A stretch of DNA of 64,000 nucleotides from Salinisphaera sp. UBA1666 (GTDB lineage: Bacteria > Pseudomonadota > Gammaproteobacteria > Nevskiales > Salinisphaeraceae). The notes under the pieces were generated by a model that ran no database searches, was not told the origin of the DNA, and saw only the letters and a program-made list of their open reading frames with translations. Numbering within the stretch: position 1 is the stretch's first letter; the number at the start of each line of letters is the position of its first letter. The DNA lies in the NCBI GenBank assembly GCA_002320455.1, contig DCKU01000186.1:27014-91013 (forward strand), written 5' to 3'. Shown here in pieces: positions 11,129-21,352 of this stretch. Made by a program: the position numbers and the translations under genes.

Positions 11129-12517
11129 ATGCTGCATCTCTACAACAGCCTAACGCGCGCCCGCGAGCCGCTCACCACCCTCGAGCCCGGCGTGGTACGG
11201 CTGTATGTCTGCGGCATCACGGTCTACGACTACTGTCATTTGGGCCACGCCCGGTTTCTGATCGTCTTCGACATGTTCACGCGGTTCCTGCGCGCACAGG
11301 GCTGGCAGGTGCGCTACGTGCGTAACGTCACCGATATTGACGACAAGATCATCAATCGCGCGGCCGAAAGCGGGGTCGACGCCGACGAAATCGCGACACG
11401 TTTCACCCATGCGATGAGCGAGGATGAAGCCGCGCTCGGGCTGACCGCACCCGACGTCGAGCCGCGGGCCACGGCCCACATCGACGACATCATCGCGATG
11501 ATTTCGACGCTGATCGACAAGGGCGCGGCCTACGTCGGCGACAACGGCGACGTGTATTACGACGTCTCGACGTTCGCGCGCTACGGGGCGTTGTCGGGGC
11601 GTGATACGGCCGAGCTGCGCTCGGGCGCGCGTATTGCCGTCAATGAATCCAAGGACGATCCGCTGGATTTTGTGCTCTGGAAGCCGGCCAAAGACGGCGA
11701 GCCGGCCTGGGATTCGCCGTGGGGGCCGGGCCGCCCCGGCTGGCATATCGAGTGCTCGGCCATGTCGACCTGCTGCCTGGGCGACACCTTCGATATCCAC
11801 GGCGGCGGGCTGGATCTACAGTTTCCGCATCACGAAAACGAGATCGCGCAGAGCGAGGCCGCCACCGGCAAGCCCTACGTCGGTTTGTGGATGCACAACG
11901 GCTTTGTCACCGTCGATGACGAGAAGATGTCGAAGTCGCTGGGCAATTTTCTGACCGTGCGCGACGTGCTGGCCGATTACGACGCCGAAAGCGTGCGCTA
12001 TTTCGTGCTATCGACCCACTATCGCAGCCCATTGGCCTATAACGGACCGGCCATGGATGCCGCGGTCAACGCGCTGTCGCGCCTCTACACGACGCTGCGC
12101 GATGCGCCGGACGACGCTAACGCGGACACGAGCACGCTAGCATCCGATCGCGAGCGGTTTTTTGCGGCCATGCACGACGATCTCAATACACCGGCCGCTA
12201 TCGCCGTGTTGTTTGATCTAGCCCGGCGTGCCAACCGCTGCGACACCGCCGGCGAGGCCGCCGCGCTGGCTGCGCTCATACGCGAGCTTGGCCGGACGAT
12301 CGGCCTGCTCGGTCAGACGCCCGAGACGTTTCTGCAAGGCGGGGGCGCGGCCGAGGGTGATCTCTCGGCCGAGCGTATCGAGTCGATGCTGGCCGCCCGC
12401 CGCGAGGCCCGGGCCAACAAAGACTTCGCCGCAGCCGATGCAATCCGGGACGAACTGACCGGCGCGGGCATCACGCTCGAAGATACCGCCGACGGAACGA
12501 AATGGCGCCGCGGGTAG
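11129..12517 (+). CDS. cysS: Cysteine--tRNA ligase
   Basis: YVCGITVYDYCHLGH, GRPGWHIECSAM, HGGGLDLQFPHHENE, KMSKS. Confidence 0.98.
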   Translation: MLHLYNSLTRAREPLTTLEPGVVRLYVCGITVYDYCHLGHARFLIVFDMFTRFLRAQGWQVRYVRNVTDIDDKIINRAAESGVDADEIATRFTHAMSEDEAALGLTAPDVEPRATAHIDDIIAMISTLIDKGAAYVGDNGDVYYDVSTFARYGALSGRDTAELRSGARIAVNESKDDPLDFVLWKPAKDGEPAWDSPWGPGRPGWHIECSAMSTCCLGDTFDIHGGGLDLQFPHHENEIAQSEAATGKPYVGLWMHNGFVTVDDEKMSKSLGNFLTVRDVLADYDAESVRYFVLSTHYRSPLAYNGPAMDAAVNALSRLYTTLRDAPDDANADTSTLASDRERFFAAMHDDLNTPAAIAVLFDLARRANRCDTAGEAAALAALIRELGRTIGLLGQTPETFLQGGGAAEGDLSAERIESMLAARREARANKDFAAADAIRDELTGAGITLEDTADGTKWRRG

Positions 12518-12550
12518 CGCGCCACCCGCGAGGCCAGGCTCACGATCGAG

Positions 12551-13432
12551 TTACGCCGTAGGGGCAATCGGCGTAGGGCTGGCTTCACGTAGCTCGGCGG
12601 CGCGCAGGGTGTTGGCCATCAACATGGCCACGGTCATGGGCCCCACGCCGCCCGGCACGGGCGTAATCCACGCTGCGCGCTCGGCGGCCGCTTCGAAAGC
12701 CACATCGCCGACCAGCTTGCCGGATTCCAGCCGGTTCATGCCCACGTCGATGACGGTGGCGCCGGGCTTGATCCACTCGCCCTGAATCAACCCCGGTTTG
12801 CCCACGCCCACTACCAGGATATCGGCGCGTGCGACCTCGCCGGCCAGGTCTTCGGTAAAGCGGTGACACACCGTAGTCGTTGCCCCCTTGAGTAGAAACT
12901 CCAGCGCCATGGGCCGGCCCACGATGTTCGAGGCCCCGACCACCACGGCCTGGCGCCCGCGAAACGGCTCGTCCACGGCCTCCAGCAGGCGGATGATGCC
13001 CAGCGGCGTACATGCGCGCAGCAACGGCACACGCTGTGCCAGCCGCCCTACGTTATAGGGATGAAAGCCGTCGACATCCTTATCGGGGCGGATCCGCTCC
13101 AGTACCGCGCTGGCGTTGATGTGCGCCGGCAACGGCAACTGGACCAGAATACCGTCGATGGCATCGTCGGCGTTATACCCGTCGATGAGTTCAAGTAGCG
13201 CGTCCTGGCTGATGTCCGAGGCCGGATAATCGGCCCGTGAGACCAGGCCCACGTTCTCGCAGGCCTGAATCTTCTTGCCGACGTAAACCTGCGAGGCCGG
13301 GTCCTCGCCGACTAGAATGACCGCCAGGCCCGGCGCTCGCTGGCCGCGCTCTCGGCGATCGTCGATCGCCTGTTTTACCGCTTGGCGGTGGTCGGAGGCG
13401 ATTTGTTTCCCATCGATCAGCCGAGCGGACAT
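12551..13432 (-). CDS. folD: Methylenetetrahydrofolate dehydrogenase/cyclohydrolase
   Basis: [40 protein letters not shown]. Confidence 0.97.
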   Translation of the reverse strand: MSARLIDGKQIASDHRQAVKQAIDDRRERGQRAPGLAVILVGEDPASQVYVGKKIQACENVGLVSRADYPASDISQDALLELIDGYNADDAIDGILVQLPLPAHINASAVLERIRPDKDVDGFHPYNVGRLAQRVPLLRACTPLGIIRLLEAVDEPFRGRQAVVVGASNIVGRPMALEFLLKGATTTVCHRFTEDLAGEVARADILVVGVGKPGLIQGEWIKPGATVIDVGMNRLESGKLVGDVAFEAAAERAAWITPVPGGVGPMTVAMLMANTLRAAELREASPTPIAPTA

Positions 13433-13621
13433 AGGCGGCGTGCAACACTATAAGGACAATACGGGCAGCGATTTTCGCACGCGCTCCGCAAGGCGACAAT
13501 TCAGACCGCTGGCGCGCATCCCCGACCTGACGCACCAAGCGCTGCGAGCCCCGACGTGAAATCTTCGCCCTAACGAGATCTTCCCCATGACGGGACAATC
13601 CCGATACACTAAGCGCCTCGT

Positions 13622-13698
13622 CGGGGCATAGCGCAGCCTGGTAGCGCGTCTGCTTTGGGAGCAGAAGGTCACAGGTTCGAATCCTGTTGCCCCGACCA
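13622..13698 (+). tRNA. tRNA-Pro (anticodon TGG)
   Basis: 77-nt cloverleaf CGGGGCA...TGCCCCG-ACCA; D-arm GCGC AGCCTGGTA GCGC; anticodon arm TCTGC-TT TGG GA-GCAGA; GGTTCGAATCC T-loop; encoded CCA. Confidence 0.98.
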
Positions 13699-13709
13699 TT
13701 AATATCGTT

Positions 13710-14432
13710 TTATCGATTGGGCGGCCAGTTCTTGAAATGCTTGGGCCGCGGCGGCGCGTAGGTGCGGATCTTCGAGGTCGTAAGCCCCTGTGTCACCAGG
13801 CTCTCTGCCAGTTTGACCGCGGCCGACACACCGTCGATGACCGGCACGCCGGTGCGCTCGATTACCCGTGCGGTGAGCCCCGACATGCCGCCACAGCCGA
13901 GGCATATCGCCTCGGCGCGGTCGTGCTCGACCGCATGCGCGGCTTTCTCCACGATGATGTCGATGGCCGCCTCCGGGTCGCGCTCGAGCTCCAGTACCGC
14001 GAGGCCGCTGGCGTGCACCGAGGCACAACGTTCGAACAGCCCGGCGAGCTTCAGGCGGTCCTCAATCATCGGCACGGCACGATCCAGCGTAGTGACCACC
14101 GAATACTTGTGGCCCACGAACATCGCCGTGGCGGCCGCTGCTTCGGTGATATCCACGACGGGCACATCGAACAGCTCCTGCAGGCCCTCGCGGCCGTGTT
14201 CGCCGTAGCCGGCCTGCACGATGGCGTCGTATTCGCCCTTGTAGGCGCGGATACTTTCCATGACGGCGACCGCCGCAACATAACTTTCGTAATTACCCTC
14301 GACCGAGTCGGCGCCAAAGATCGGGGTGATCGGGATGATCTCGGTGTCGGGCAGGGCGACGCGACGGGCCTGGTCGGCGATCGCGCGGGTCATCGATTCG
14401 GTCGTGTTGACGTTGGCTACAAGTATTCGCAT
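13710..14432 (-). CDS. Asp/Glu/hydantoin racemase family, likely allantoin racemase
   Basis: NVNTTESMT, AICLGCGGM, GVPVIDGV, TSK..TYAPP; allantoin-pathway context. Confidence 0.85.
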   Translation of the reverse strand: MRILVANVNTTESMTRAIADQARRVALPDTEIIPITPIFGADSVEGNYESYVAAVAVMESIRAYKGEYDAIVQAGYGEHGREGLQELFDVPVVDITEAAAATAMFVGHKYSVVTTLDRAVPMIEDRLKLAGLFERCASVHASGLAVLELERDPEAAIDIIVEKAAHAVEHDRAEAICLGCGGMSGLTARVIERTGVPVIDGVSAAVKLAESLVTQGLTTSKIRTYAPPRPKHFKNWPPNR

Positions 14433-14456
14433 GACAATAATGTCCGCTTGGAAAAA

Positions 14457-15959
14457 TCAGACCGCCGGGCGCGAGATGGCTTCGCCCGACACGTCGGCCG
14501 CCTTTAGATCGTTGGGTGTCATGACGCGATACAGCAGGCCGGCCAGAATCGCGCCAATGAACCAGGAGAAGCCGGCCACGGCTTGGAAGATCGGCAGCAG
14601 GCTGACGAGCACCGCTACGATCGCGGCCGGCACGAGTGCGGCGAACGCGCGGCGATTGATGCCGGCGCGGTAGTAGTAATCGCCGCTGGCGGCCTCGCTG
14701 TACAGATCGGGCACGTTGACGCGCTGGCGGCGCACGAGCCAGTAGTCGGTCATGATCAAGCCGAAGAACGGGCCGAGCACCGCCCCTAGGCCGCCAAGGA
14801 AATACTCGATGACCAGCGGGCTGTTGTAGAGGTTCCACGGCAGGATCACGACGCCAAGCAGCGCGCTGAGCAATCCGGCTCGCTGGAAGTTCAGCACTTT
14901 CGGCGCGAGATCCGCGAGCATGTAGATCGGGGCAACGAAATTGGCGACCAGATTCACGGCGATGGTCAGCACGATCAGCGCCAGCGAGGCCGCCACGCGC
15001 CAGCCTGGCTCGGGAATCGAGCGCACGATATCGGCGGGGCTGGCGATGATCTGGCCGTTGATATGAAACTGGGCGCCGGCCAGCACGATCACGATCGCCG
15101 CGAAGACCAGCATGTTGATCGGGATGCCGACGAGATTGCCCACGACAATCGCGCGTCGATCCCGCGCGCAGCGGGTGAAATCACAGACGTTGAGTGCGAA
15201 CGTCCCGTAAATGACCACCCACAGGCCCGCACCGGCGAGAATCTTCTGCCACATGGCCGCACCGGTCAGCGGCGCATCGACCGACCAGGCGATGTTGAAA
15301 TCCGCCCGCACGAGCACCCAGCCCGCCAGCGCCAGCATGGTGACCAGAATCACCGGCCCGGCGAAAGCCACATAGCGGCGCACCATGGCCATGCCGTAGC
15401 TGACGATCACCACCTGGGCGATCCACAAGAGGGCGAACGACAGCCAGCCCAGTAATGACAGACCCAGCAGGATCGTGTTGTCCAGCGCTGCCAGCGCAGG
15501 GAAGAGCGTGGTCAACAACACGCCCAGCACCGAGGCCGCCAGATAGGTCTGAATACCGAACCAGACAATCGCGATCACGCCACGCGCGATGGCCGGCACG
15601 CGCCCCCCGCGGATGCCGAAGGCGATGCGGCTGACCACCGGAAACGGCACGCCGGTGCGCTCGCCGACAAAGCCCGAGAGCGTGAGCATGCCGAACAGAA
15701 TGAGCGCGCCAATGGCGAACGTGAGCAGAATCTGCCAGGCGCCGAGACCGAGCGCGAACAGGCCGATAGCAAACGTGTAGTTGCCCAGGCTGTGTACGTC
15801 GTTGGCCCACAGCGTGAATACGTGATACGCGCCCCAGGGGCGCTGCTTGTCGGTGACGGGCGCCAGATCACGGTTGTACAGGCGCGGGCTCGGAAAACCG
15901 GCCGATGTCGCTTGGGCGCGCGCGGCCGGGGCGGCGGCTGGGTTCGAGGCGCCACTCAT
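14457..15959 (-). CDS. NCS1-family nucleobase:cation symporter (allantoin/hydantoin permease)
   Basis: LYNRDLAP, GVPFPVVSRIAFGIRG, WFGIQT, LN..DFTR, PWNL; about 12 TM segments; ATGA overlap with the upstream gene sets the start at 15959. Confidence 0.9.
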   Translation of the reverse strand: MSGASNPAAAPAARAQATSAGFPSPRLYNRDLAPVTDKQRPWGAYHVFTLWANDVHSLGNYTFAIGLFALGLGAWQILLTFAIGALILFGMLTLSGFVGERTGVPFPVVSRIAFGIRGGRVPAIARGVIAIVWFGIQTYLAASVLGVLLTTLFPALAALDNTILLGLSLLGWLSFALLWIAQVVIVSYGMAMVRRYVAFAGPVILVTMLALAGWVLVRADFNIAWSVDAPLTGAAMWQKILAGAGLWVVIYGTFALNVCDFTRCARDRRAIVVGNLVGIPINMLVFAAIVIVLAGAQFHINGQIIASPADIVRSIPEPGWRVAASLALIVLTIAVNLVANFVAPIYMLADLAPKVLNFQRAGLLSALLGVVILPWNLYNSPLVIEYFLGGLGAVLGPFFGLIMTDYWLVRRQRVNVPDLYSEAASGDYYYRAGINRRAFAALVPAAIVAVLVSLLPIFQAVAGFSWFIGAILAGLLYRVMTPNDLKAADVSGEAISRPAV

Positions 15960-16492
15960 CGGGGCCACCCGTCGCCAAAGTCGAGCATCACGTTGGCGTG
16001 GATCGGGGTTTCGTCGCAGTTGGCCCCCGGCCCGCCGCGGTGCACCTCGACGAACGCACAGTCGGCGTCCAGCGCGATCATCGGGTGATGCCATACCCCG
16101 CGGTGATAATTGATGCCCTGGTGGCCGTCAGCGACGAATGCCCGAAAATCCGATACGCCCGGGGCCTGGCCAGCGGGCGCCACGACCACTAGATAACGCT
16201 GGCCGTTCAACGGCATGAACACCTGGGTGCCCAGCGGATGACGCTCCATGACCCGTAGTGGGACGGGGCGGGCTTCGGCGACGCAGGTCACGATACTCAC
16301 CGCGGCGTGGCCGCCCTCGGCGTCGAGATCCAGCTGGGCTAAATCCGGAAAACGTCGCCCCTTGCCCTGATTGATCGGGCGGGAGTCGCCGCCGGCCTCG
16401 ATGACATCGCCGAACGGTGCAAAGCCTGCGGCGGTCAGGGGCTCGGCGACGAGATGAATAGGTTGGCCGTGTTGGTTTTGTACGTTGGCCAT
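15956..16492 (-). CDS. allA: Ureidoglycolate lyase
   Basis: PLTAAGFAPFGDVI, MERHPLGTQ.F.P, QGINYHRGVWHHP; GGAGG RBS before ATG 16492. Confidence 0.9.
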   Translation of the reverse strand: MANVQNQHGQPIHLVAEPLTAAGFAPFGDVIEAGGDSRPINQGKGRRFPDLAQLDLDAEGGHAAVSIVTCVAEARPVPLRVMERHPLGTQVFMPLNGQRYLVVVAPAGQAPGVSDFRAFVADGHQGINYHRGVWHHPMIALDADCAFVEVHRGGPGANCDETPIHANVMLDFGDGWPR

Positions 16493-16514
16493 GGGTCTCC
16501 TCCGATGCCGATTC

Positions 16515-17447
16515 TCAGTCGGCTGATTGATACGGATGCACGTCGCGCCAGTGCCGGGCGATCGCTTCGCGGGTGGTGACCCACACGTCGTCAAAGCCGG
16601 CGACGTAATCGAGAAAGCGCGCGACGGCCGCCGCGCGCGCCGGGCGCCCGGCGATACGACAGTGCAGGCCCACCGACAGCATCTTGGGCGCGGTCGCACC
16701 TTCGGCGTAGAGCATGTCGAAGGCGTCTTTGAGATAGGTGAAGAACTGTTCGCCGGAGTTGAAGCCCTGGGGCGCCACGAAGCGCATGTCGTTGGTATCC
16801 AGCGTGTAGGGCACGATCAGCTGCGGCTCGGCCACGCCCGGCACGTGTTCCCAGTAGGGCAGGTCGTCGGCGTAAGAATCGGCGTCGTAGACAAATCCGC
16901 CGTGCTCGGCCACGAGACGCCGCGTATTGGGCCCGCAGCGCCCGGTATACCAGCCGACGGGCGTGATGCCGGTTGCATCTTCGATGGCCGCCACGGCCTT
17001 GTCGATATGCGCGCGCTCGGTCGCCTCGTCGACGTACTGATAGTCGATCCAGCGCCAGCCGTGACAGGCGATCTCGAAGCCGGCATCGGCCAGGGCGCGA
17101 ACGGCATCCGGGTGGCGCTCGGCGGCCATGCCCACGGCGAACACGGTGGCGGTCAGGTTGCGCTGCCTGAACAGCCGCAGCAGACGCCAGACGCCGGCCC
17201 GGCTGCCGTATTCATAGAGCCACTCCATGCTCATGTGGCGCACGCCGGGGCGGGCGTCGGTGCCCACCATCTCGGAAAGAAAGCTTTCCGAGGCCGCGTC
17301 GCCGTGCAGGATGTTGTTCTCGGCCCCCTCTTCGTAGTTGATGACGAATTGCAGTGCCAGGCGTGCGCCGCCGGGCCAGGCGGCGGCCGGCGGCTGGGCG
17401 CCGTAGCCGATCATGTCGCGGGGGTAATCGTTCATACGGATATCCAT
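16515..17447 (-). CDS. puuE: Allantoinase PuuE (polysaccharide deacetylase fold)
   Basis: YPRDMIGYG, QFVINYEEGAE, YEYGSRAG.WR, HGWRWI, PYTLDTNDMRF, GLHCR. Start may be 17435. Confidence 0.93.
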   Translation of the reverse strand: MDIRMNDYPRDMIGYGAQPPAAAWPGGARLALQFVINYEEGAENNILHGDAASESFLSEMVGTDARPGVRHMSMEWLYEYGSRAGVWRLLRLFRQRNLTATVFAVGMAAERHPDAVRALADAGFEIACHGWRWIDYQYVDEATERAHIDKAVAAIEDATGITPVGWYTGRCGPNTRRLVAEHGGFVYDADSYADDLPYWEHVPGVAEPQLIVPYTLDTNDMRFVAPQGFNSGEQFFTYLKDAFDMLYAEGATAPKMLSVGLHCRIAGRPARAAAVARFLDYVAGFDDVWVTTREAIARHWRDVHPYQSAD

Positions 17448-17456
17448 GGATGAAGG

Positions 17457-18179
17457 TCAAGCTCGGCGGGTGCGGCCGAGCAGGTCTGAAAGCGATGGGG
17501 AGGCGGTCTCGGCGGCCGAAAGGTTCAAGCGTTCTTCGCAGTCCTCGAGATGCGCGGCCAGCTCGGCCTGCGCTTCGCCGATATCGCCGCGCTCGATGAT
17601 CGCCAGAAGGCGCTCGTGATCGGCTTCGGCGCAGGGCCCGGCCTCGCGTGTCTCGAACAGCGCGATGATCAGCGAAGAGCGCCCGATCAATTCGTCGAGA
17701 AATTCCAGTAGAACGCTGTTGCCGGCCGGTTCAGCCAGCCGGCGATGGAAGTCCCCGGAGGCCCGAATCATGGCTTGTCGGTCATGGGCTGCGTGTGCGG
17801 CCCGGTCGTCGTTCAGGCAGGTCTGAAGACGTTCGACGAGGCGGGCATGACCGGTGCTGTCCAACCCTGCCAGCGTGTCGGCCAGCAGCGTGGACTCGAG
17901 CAGGCGGCGCGCTGCGAATACTTCGTGGGCCTCGGCCGGGCTGGGCTGCCAGACCACCGCTCCCCGATTGGGACGGATATCCACCAGTTTATCGGCCGCC
18001 AGATGAAACAGGGCCTTGCGCACGACCGTGCGGCTCACGCCGTAGATATCGCCCAGGCCGGTTTCGGACAAACGGGTGCCCGGCGCCATTCGCTGTTCGT
18101 AAATCGCCTCGGCGATATCGCGTCGAATCTGCTGGTCGATTGGCGTTTCAGCGGTGTCGTGGCGCGTGGCCGCACTCAT
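17457..18179 (-). CDS. GntR-family (FCD) transcriptional regulator
   Basis: PGTRLSE..L...YGVSRTVVRKAL wHTH, FH..LA...GN, H..LL..I..GD FCD domain; ATGA overlap. Confidence 0.92.
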   Translation of the reverse strand: MSAATRHDTAETPIDQQIRRDIAEAIYEQRMAPGTRLSETGLGDIYGVSRTVVRKALFHLAADKLVDIRPNRGAVVWQPSPAEAHEVFAARRLLESTLLADTLAGLDSTGHARLVERLQTCLNDDRAAHAAHDRQAMIRASGDFHRRLAEPAGNSVLLEFLDELIGRSSLIIALFETREAGPCAEADHERLLAIIERGDIGEAQAELAAHLEDCEERLNLSAAETASPSLSDLLGRTRRA

Positions 18180-19012
18180 GACGGGCCCAACGAAAGCCGC
18201 GGGTGACGATTGACGTCCTTGTAGAGCAGGTAGCGAAACGGCCCGGGCCCGGCGGCATAACAAGCCTGCGGGCAAAAGGCCCGGAGCCAGAGAAAGTCAC
18301 CAGCCTCGACCTCTACCCAGTCGTCGTTAAGCTGGTATAAGGCTCGACCTTCGAGCACGTATATCCCGTGTTCCATGACGTGGGTTTCGGAAAACGGAAT
18401 CACGCCGCCGGGCTGAAACGTCACGATATTAACGTGCATGTCGTGCGACAGGTCTTCTGCGCCGACGAACCGGCTGGTGGCCCAGACGCCGTCGCAGTCG
18501 GGCATGGACTCGGCCACCACGTCTTGATCGTGGCTGACAAAGCTGCCCGGAGCCGGCCAACCCGGTGCCGGTTCATAGCGCTTGCGAACCCACTGCAGCC
18601 GCGCCGGTGTGGCCTCGGTGTTATGCAACTGCCAGTCGCTGTTCGGGCCGACGAAGACATAGCTGCCGGGTGTGAGCGCGTGGGTCGCCCCGTCGAGCGT
18701 TAGCGTGGGCGCACCGGATAGAACAAATAGCACCGCTTCGGCCCCGGCGTCCGGCTCGGGGGTATCGCTCGCGCCGCCGGGCGCCATTTCGACGATCAAC
18801 TGGGCGAACGTTTCGGCAAAGCCGGTCAGCGGCCGTGCCAGCACCCAGGCACGGCAGTCGTGCCAGCCCGGCAGACGGCTGGTGACGATATCGCGCATCA
18901 CGGTGTTCGGAATGACCGCGTATGCGGGCGTGAAGATCGCGCGATCGCGCGTGCGCTGAGTCTGGGGCGGCAGGCCGGCCGTTGGTGACGAATAACGCCG
19001 TGGCTCGGTCAT
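18176..19012 (-). CDS. (S)-ureidoglycine aminohydrolase (YlbA/AllE-like bicupin)
   Basis: DIVTS.LP.W, DMHVNIVTFQPG, ETHVMEHG.YVLEG, FCPQACYA, YLLYKDVNRH. Confidence 0.92.
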   Translation of the reverse strand: MTEPRRYSSPTAGLPPQTQRTRDRAIFTPAYAVIPNTVMRDIVTSRLPGWHDCRAWVLARPLTGFAETFAQLIVEMAPGGASDTPEPDAGAEAVLFVLSGAPTLTLDGATHALTPGSYVFVGPNSDWQLHNTEATPARLQWVRKRYEPAPGWPAPGSFVSHDQDVVAESMPDCDGVWATSRFVGAEDLSHDMHVNIVTFQPGGVIPFSETHVMEHGIYVLEGRALYQLNDDWVEVEAGDFLWLRAFCPQACYAAGPGPFRYLLYKDVNRHPRLSLGPS

Positions 19013-19061
19013 ATAAACGGCTCATGAAAGATGTAGTTGTCTTTTCTAGCGTGCCGTGATC

Positions 19062-19096
19062 ATTGGATACAATTCGACCTTCGTGTTGTATCCAAT
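19062..19096. promoter_or_regulatory. Pair of candidate GntR operators upstream of the allantoin operon
   Basis: ATTGGATACAAT (19062-19073) and GTTGTATCCAAT (19085-19096); each is near-palindromic and the two are inverted relative to each other; resemble VanR/FadR-type boxes. Confidence 0.6.
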
Positions 19097-19171
19097 TAAA
19101 ATGTTATATAATAACTCCGCGTTGCAAGCGATGCTGCTGCATATGGAACTTGCCCCGTCTTGATTTGTCCG

Positions 19172-19190
19172 AATTGAGACGCATTCTCAA
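19172..19190. promoter_or_regulatory. Candidate Fur box upstream of tonB
   Basis: TGAGACG-C-ATTCTCA matches the 7-1-7 TGAGAAT-N-ATTCTCA form; precedes tonB-exbB-exbD. Confidence 0.6.
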
Positions 19191-19283
19191 AAACTCACGG
19201 CGCACGGCTACAATGTGGCACCGCCCCGCGGTGAGCTGATGTCTCGATCGCGCGTTTTCCGATGCAGGCCCTGAAAGAAGCGA

Positions 19284-20132
19284 ATGAGCGATACCGCGCC
19301 TCAAAAACCATTGCCCGTGGATAGCGCGCGCCGCCTGCGAGGCTGGGAGATCGCTGCACTCGTGATCGGCTCGCTCGGCGTGCATCTGGGGCTGTGGTGG
19401 TTGCTGTCCCAGCAGGACATCACACCGGCCGATATCCAGACCAGCGGCAGCCCGCCGCCCGTCGAAATCACACTGCAGGCGCCGCAGCCCGAGACCCAGA
19501 CCACGCCGTCGAACGATACGCCGAAAATCGATGACAACGCGGTCGAGCCGGCTGATGAAGAGCCCGAGACCAAAAAGCCGCCCGAGCCGAAGCCGGAACC
19601 CAAGCCTGAGCCGAAGCCCGAGCCGAAGCCAAAGCCGGAACCCAAACCCGAGCCAAAGCCCAAACCGGACCCCAAGCCGCAGCCCGAGCCTGAACCGGAA
19701 CCCAAGCCGGAGCCTAAACCGCAACCTGAGCCCGAGCCCCAGCCCGAGTCTCAGGCGAACAGTTCAGCCGGACGCACATCGAGCGGTACTGCCAGCAAAA
19801 ACGCCGAACAAGAACAGGCCGACCCCGGGCAGGGCCAGAGCCAGAGTGTCACGCCGGCCAGCACCAGCGGTGTGGGCAATCGGAATAACCCCAGTCCGTC
19901 GTATCCGGCACGCGCCCGGCGGCGCGGTTATGAAGGCGTCGTGACCTTGTTATTCGTCGTGCAGCCCGACGGGCACGTCACCGATATTCAGGTTGAAAAG
20001 AGCAGCGGTCACCGCTCGCTGGACGAGGCCGCGATCGACGCCGCGCGTGATTCGACGTTCACGCCCGCGCGCCGCGGTAACACGCCGATCGCCGGTTATG
20101 CCCGCAAGGCGTATCAGTTCGGTCTGCAATGA
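19284..20132 (+). CDS. tonB: Energy transducer TonB
   Basis: N-terminal TM with S..VH, long (EP/KP)n linker, C-terminal [14 protein letters not shown]...SSG..SLDEAA. Confidence 0.93.
   Translation: MSDTAPQKPLPVDSARRLRGWEIAALVIGSLGVHLGLWWLLSQQDITPADIQTSGSPPPVEITLQAPQPETQTTPSNDTPKIDDNAVEPADEEPETKKPPEPKPEPKPEPKPEPKPKPEPKPEPKPKPDPKPQPEPEPEPKPEPKPQPEPEPQPESQANSSAGRTSSGTASKNAEQEQADPGQGQSQSVTPASTSGVGNRNNPSPSYPARARRRGYEGVVTLLFVVQPDGHVTDIQVEKSSGHRSLDEAAIDAARDSTFTPARRGNTPIAGYARKAYQFGLQ
19578..19748 (+). repeat. Degenerate 12-nt tandem repeat encoding the (PEPK)n TonB linker
   Basis: CCCGAGCCGAAG-like units repeated about 14 times in frame. Confidence 0.8.
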
Positions 20133-20183
20133 GGCCCGGAGCCTAATTATGTTGATCAATCCATCTGTTGAGAGCGCTAATTC

Positions 20184-20915
20184 ATGATCAGTACCGAGTT
20201 GAGTTGGCTCGTCGTGCCCGCGGTTCTATGGGTATTGGTGGTCTTGTCGGTCGTCACGTGGGCGCTTCTGGCGGCCAAGCTGGTGCAATACGGGCGCGGC
20301 CGGCGTGCCGACAAGCGCTTCCAGACCGCGTTCTGGCAAGCCCAGGATCTCGCCGCCGGTGAGCAGGTGGTCGACGCGCACGGCGGGCCGATGGCCGCGA
20401 TTGCTCGTGCCGGGTTCGGCGTGGTCAGCGGTCGAGATATCGCGCCCATGAATCGCGATCTGGCGCATCGTATTGATCGCGGCGAACGTCTCGAGCGCGC
20501 CTTAAAGCAGCAGGTCGAGCGGGAACGCCGCGGGCTGGAAGGCGGGCTGGCGGTGTTAGCCAGCTTTGGCAGCACCGCGCCGTTCATCGGCCTGTTCGGT
20601 ACGGTGTGGGGCATCATGGAAGCGCTGGTCGGCATCGGCGAGACCGGGGCCACCGGGCTCGAAGCCGTGGCCGGTCCAGTGGGCCACGCGCTGATCGCGA
20701 CCGGATTGGGTATCGCGGTCGCCGTACCGGCAGTGTTGATCTACAACTTTCTGGTCCGACGCATGAAGGCCGGCGTGCATCGCATGAACGATTTCGCCCA
20801 GGACTTCTATGCGCTGTGCCAGCAGAGCGGCTTTGGCATGCGCGAGGCCACGGTGCGTTCTGAGACGTCGGCCGCCGATCATGCCCCGGTCGGCCAGTCG
20901 ACCCCCACGGGCTGA
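20184..20915 (+). CDS. exbB: MotA/TolQ/ExbB proton channel
   Basis: LASFGSTAPFIGLFGTVWGIM, ALIATGLGIAVAVPAV. Confidence 0.93.
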   Translation: MISTELSWLVVPAVLWVLVVLSVVTWALLAAKLVQYGRGRRADKRFQTAFWQAQDLAAGEQVVDAHGGPMAAIARAGFGVVSGRDIAPMNRDLAHRIDRGERLERALKQQVERERRGLEGGLAVLASFGSTAPFIGLFGTVWGIMEALVGIGETGATGLEAVAGPVGHALIATGLGIAVAVPAVLIYNFLVRRMKAGVHRMNDFAQDFYALCQQSGFGMREATVRSETSAADHAPVGQSTPTG

Positions 20916-20938
20916 TCGTTAACGCGAGAGGTATTGTC

Positions 20939-21352
20939 ATGGCCATGATGTCGAATAACGACGACGACAACGACGTGCTGTCCGAGATGAACGTCACGCC
21001 GCTGGTCGATGTGATGCTGGTGCTGCTGGTGATGTTTATCGTCACGGCCTCGGCGGCGACCACCGCGGTCAAGGTCAACCTGCCGGCCACGGATGCCGTG
21101 GCACCGCCGGATGCCGATAATCCCCTGCACGTCACCATTGATGCCGACGGGGCTTATTTTCTGGATGACAAGCGTATGGATCTGTCGGCGTTGAAAGACG
21201 CGCTTACCCAGGCGCATGCGAAGCGCCCGGATCAGGCGGCCCAGCTCCAGGCCGACGAAGGCGTGGCCTACGGCCGCGTGGGCAAGGCCATGGCCGCACT
21301 GCAGAAAGCCGGTATTCAGAAAATCGCGGTGCTGAGTGATCCCAACGGTTAG
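20939..21352 (+). CDS. exbD: Biopolymer transport protein ExbD
   Basis: SEMNVTPLVDVMLVLLVMFIV, ADEGVAYG. Confidence 0.93.
   Translation: MAMMSNNDDDNDVLSEMNVTPLVDVMLVLLVMFIVTASAATTAVKVNLPATDAVAPPDADNPLHVTIDADGAYFLDDKRMDLSALKDALTQAHAKRPDQAAQLQADEGVAYGRVGKAMAALQKAGIQKIAVLSDPNG

Noticed and set aside
13622-19100. Genomic island integrated at tRNA-Pro
   Set aside because: An accessory-type operon ends 11 bp from the tRNA, but there is no integrase, no duplicated tRNA 3' end was seen in the window, and there is no obvious compositional shift.
19104-19944. Low-complexity ORFs (GFGSG, RLGLR, SRS repeats) overlapping tonB
   Set aside because: Alternative frames of the PEPK-coding repeat.
21349-21352. 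Overlapping convergent stop codons of exbD and the PHP gene
   Set aside because: Common compact arrangement with no further evidence of antisense regulation.
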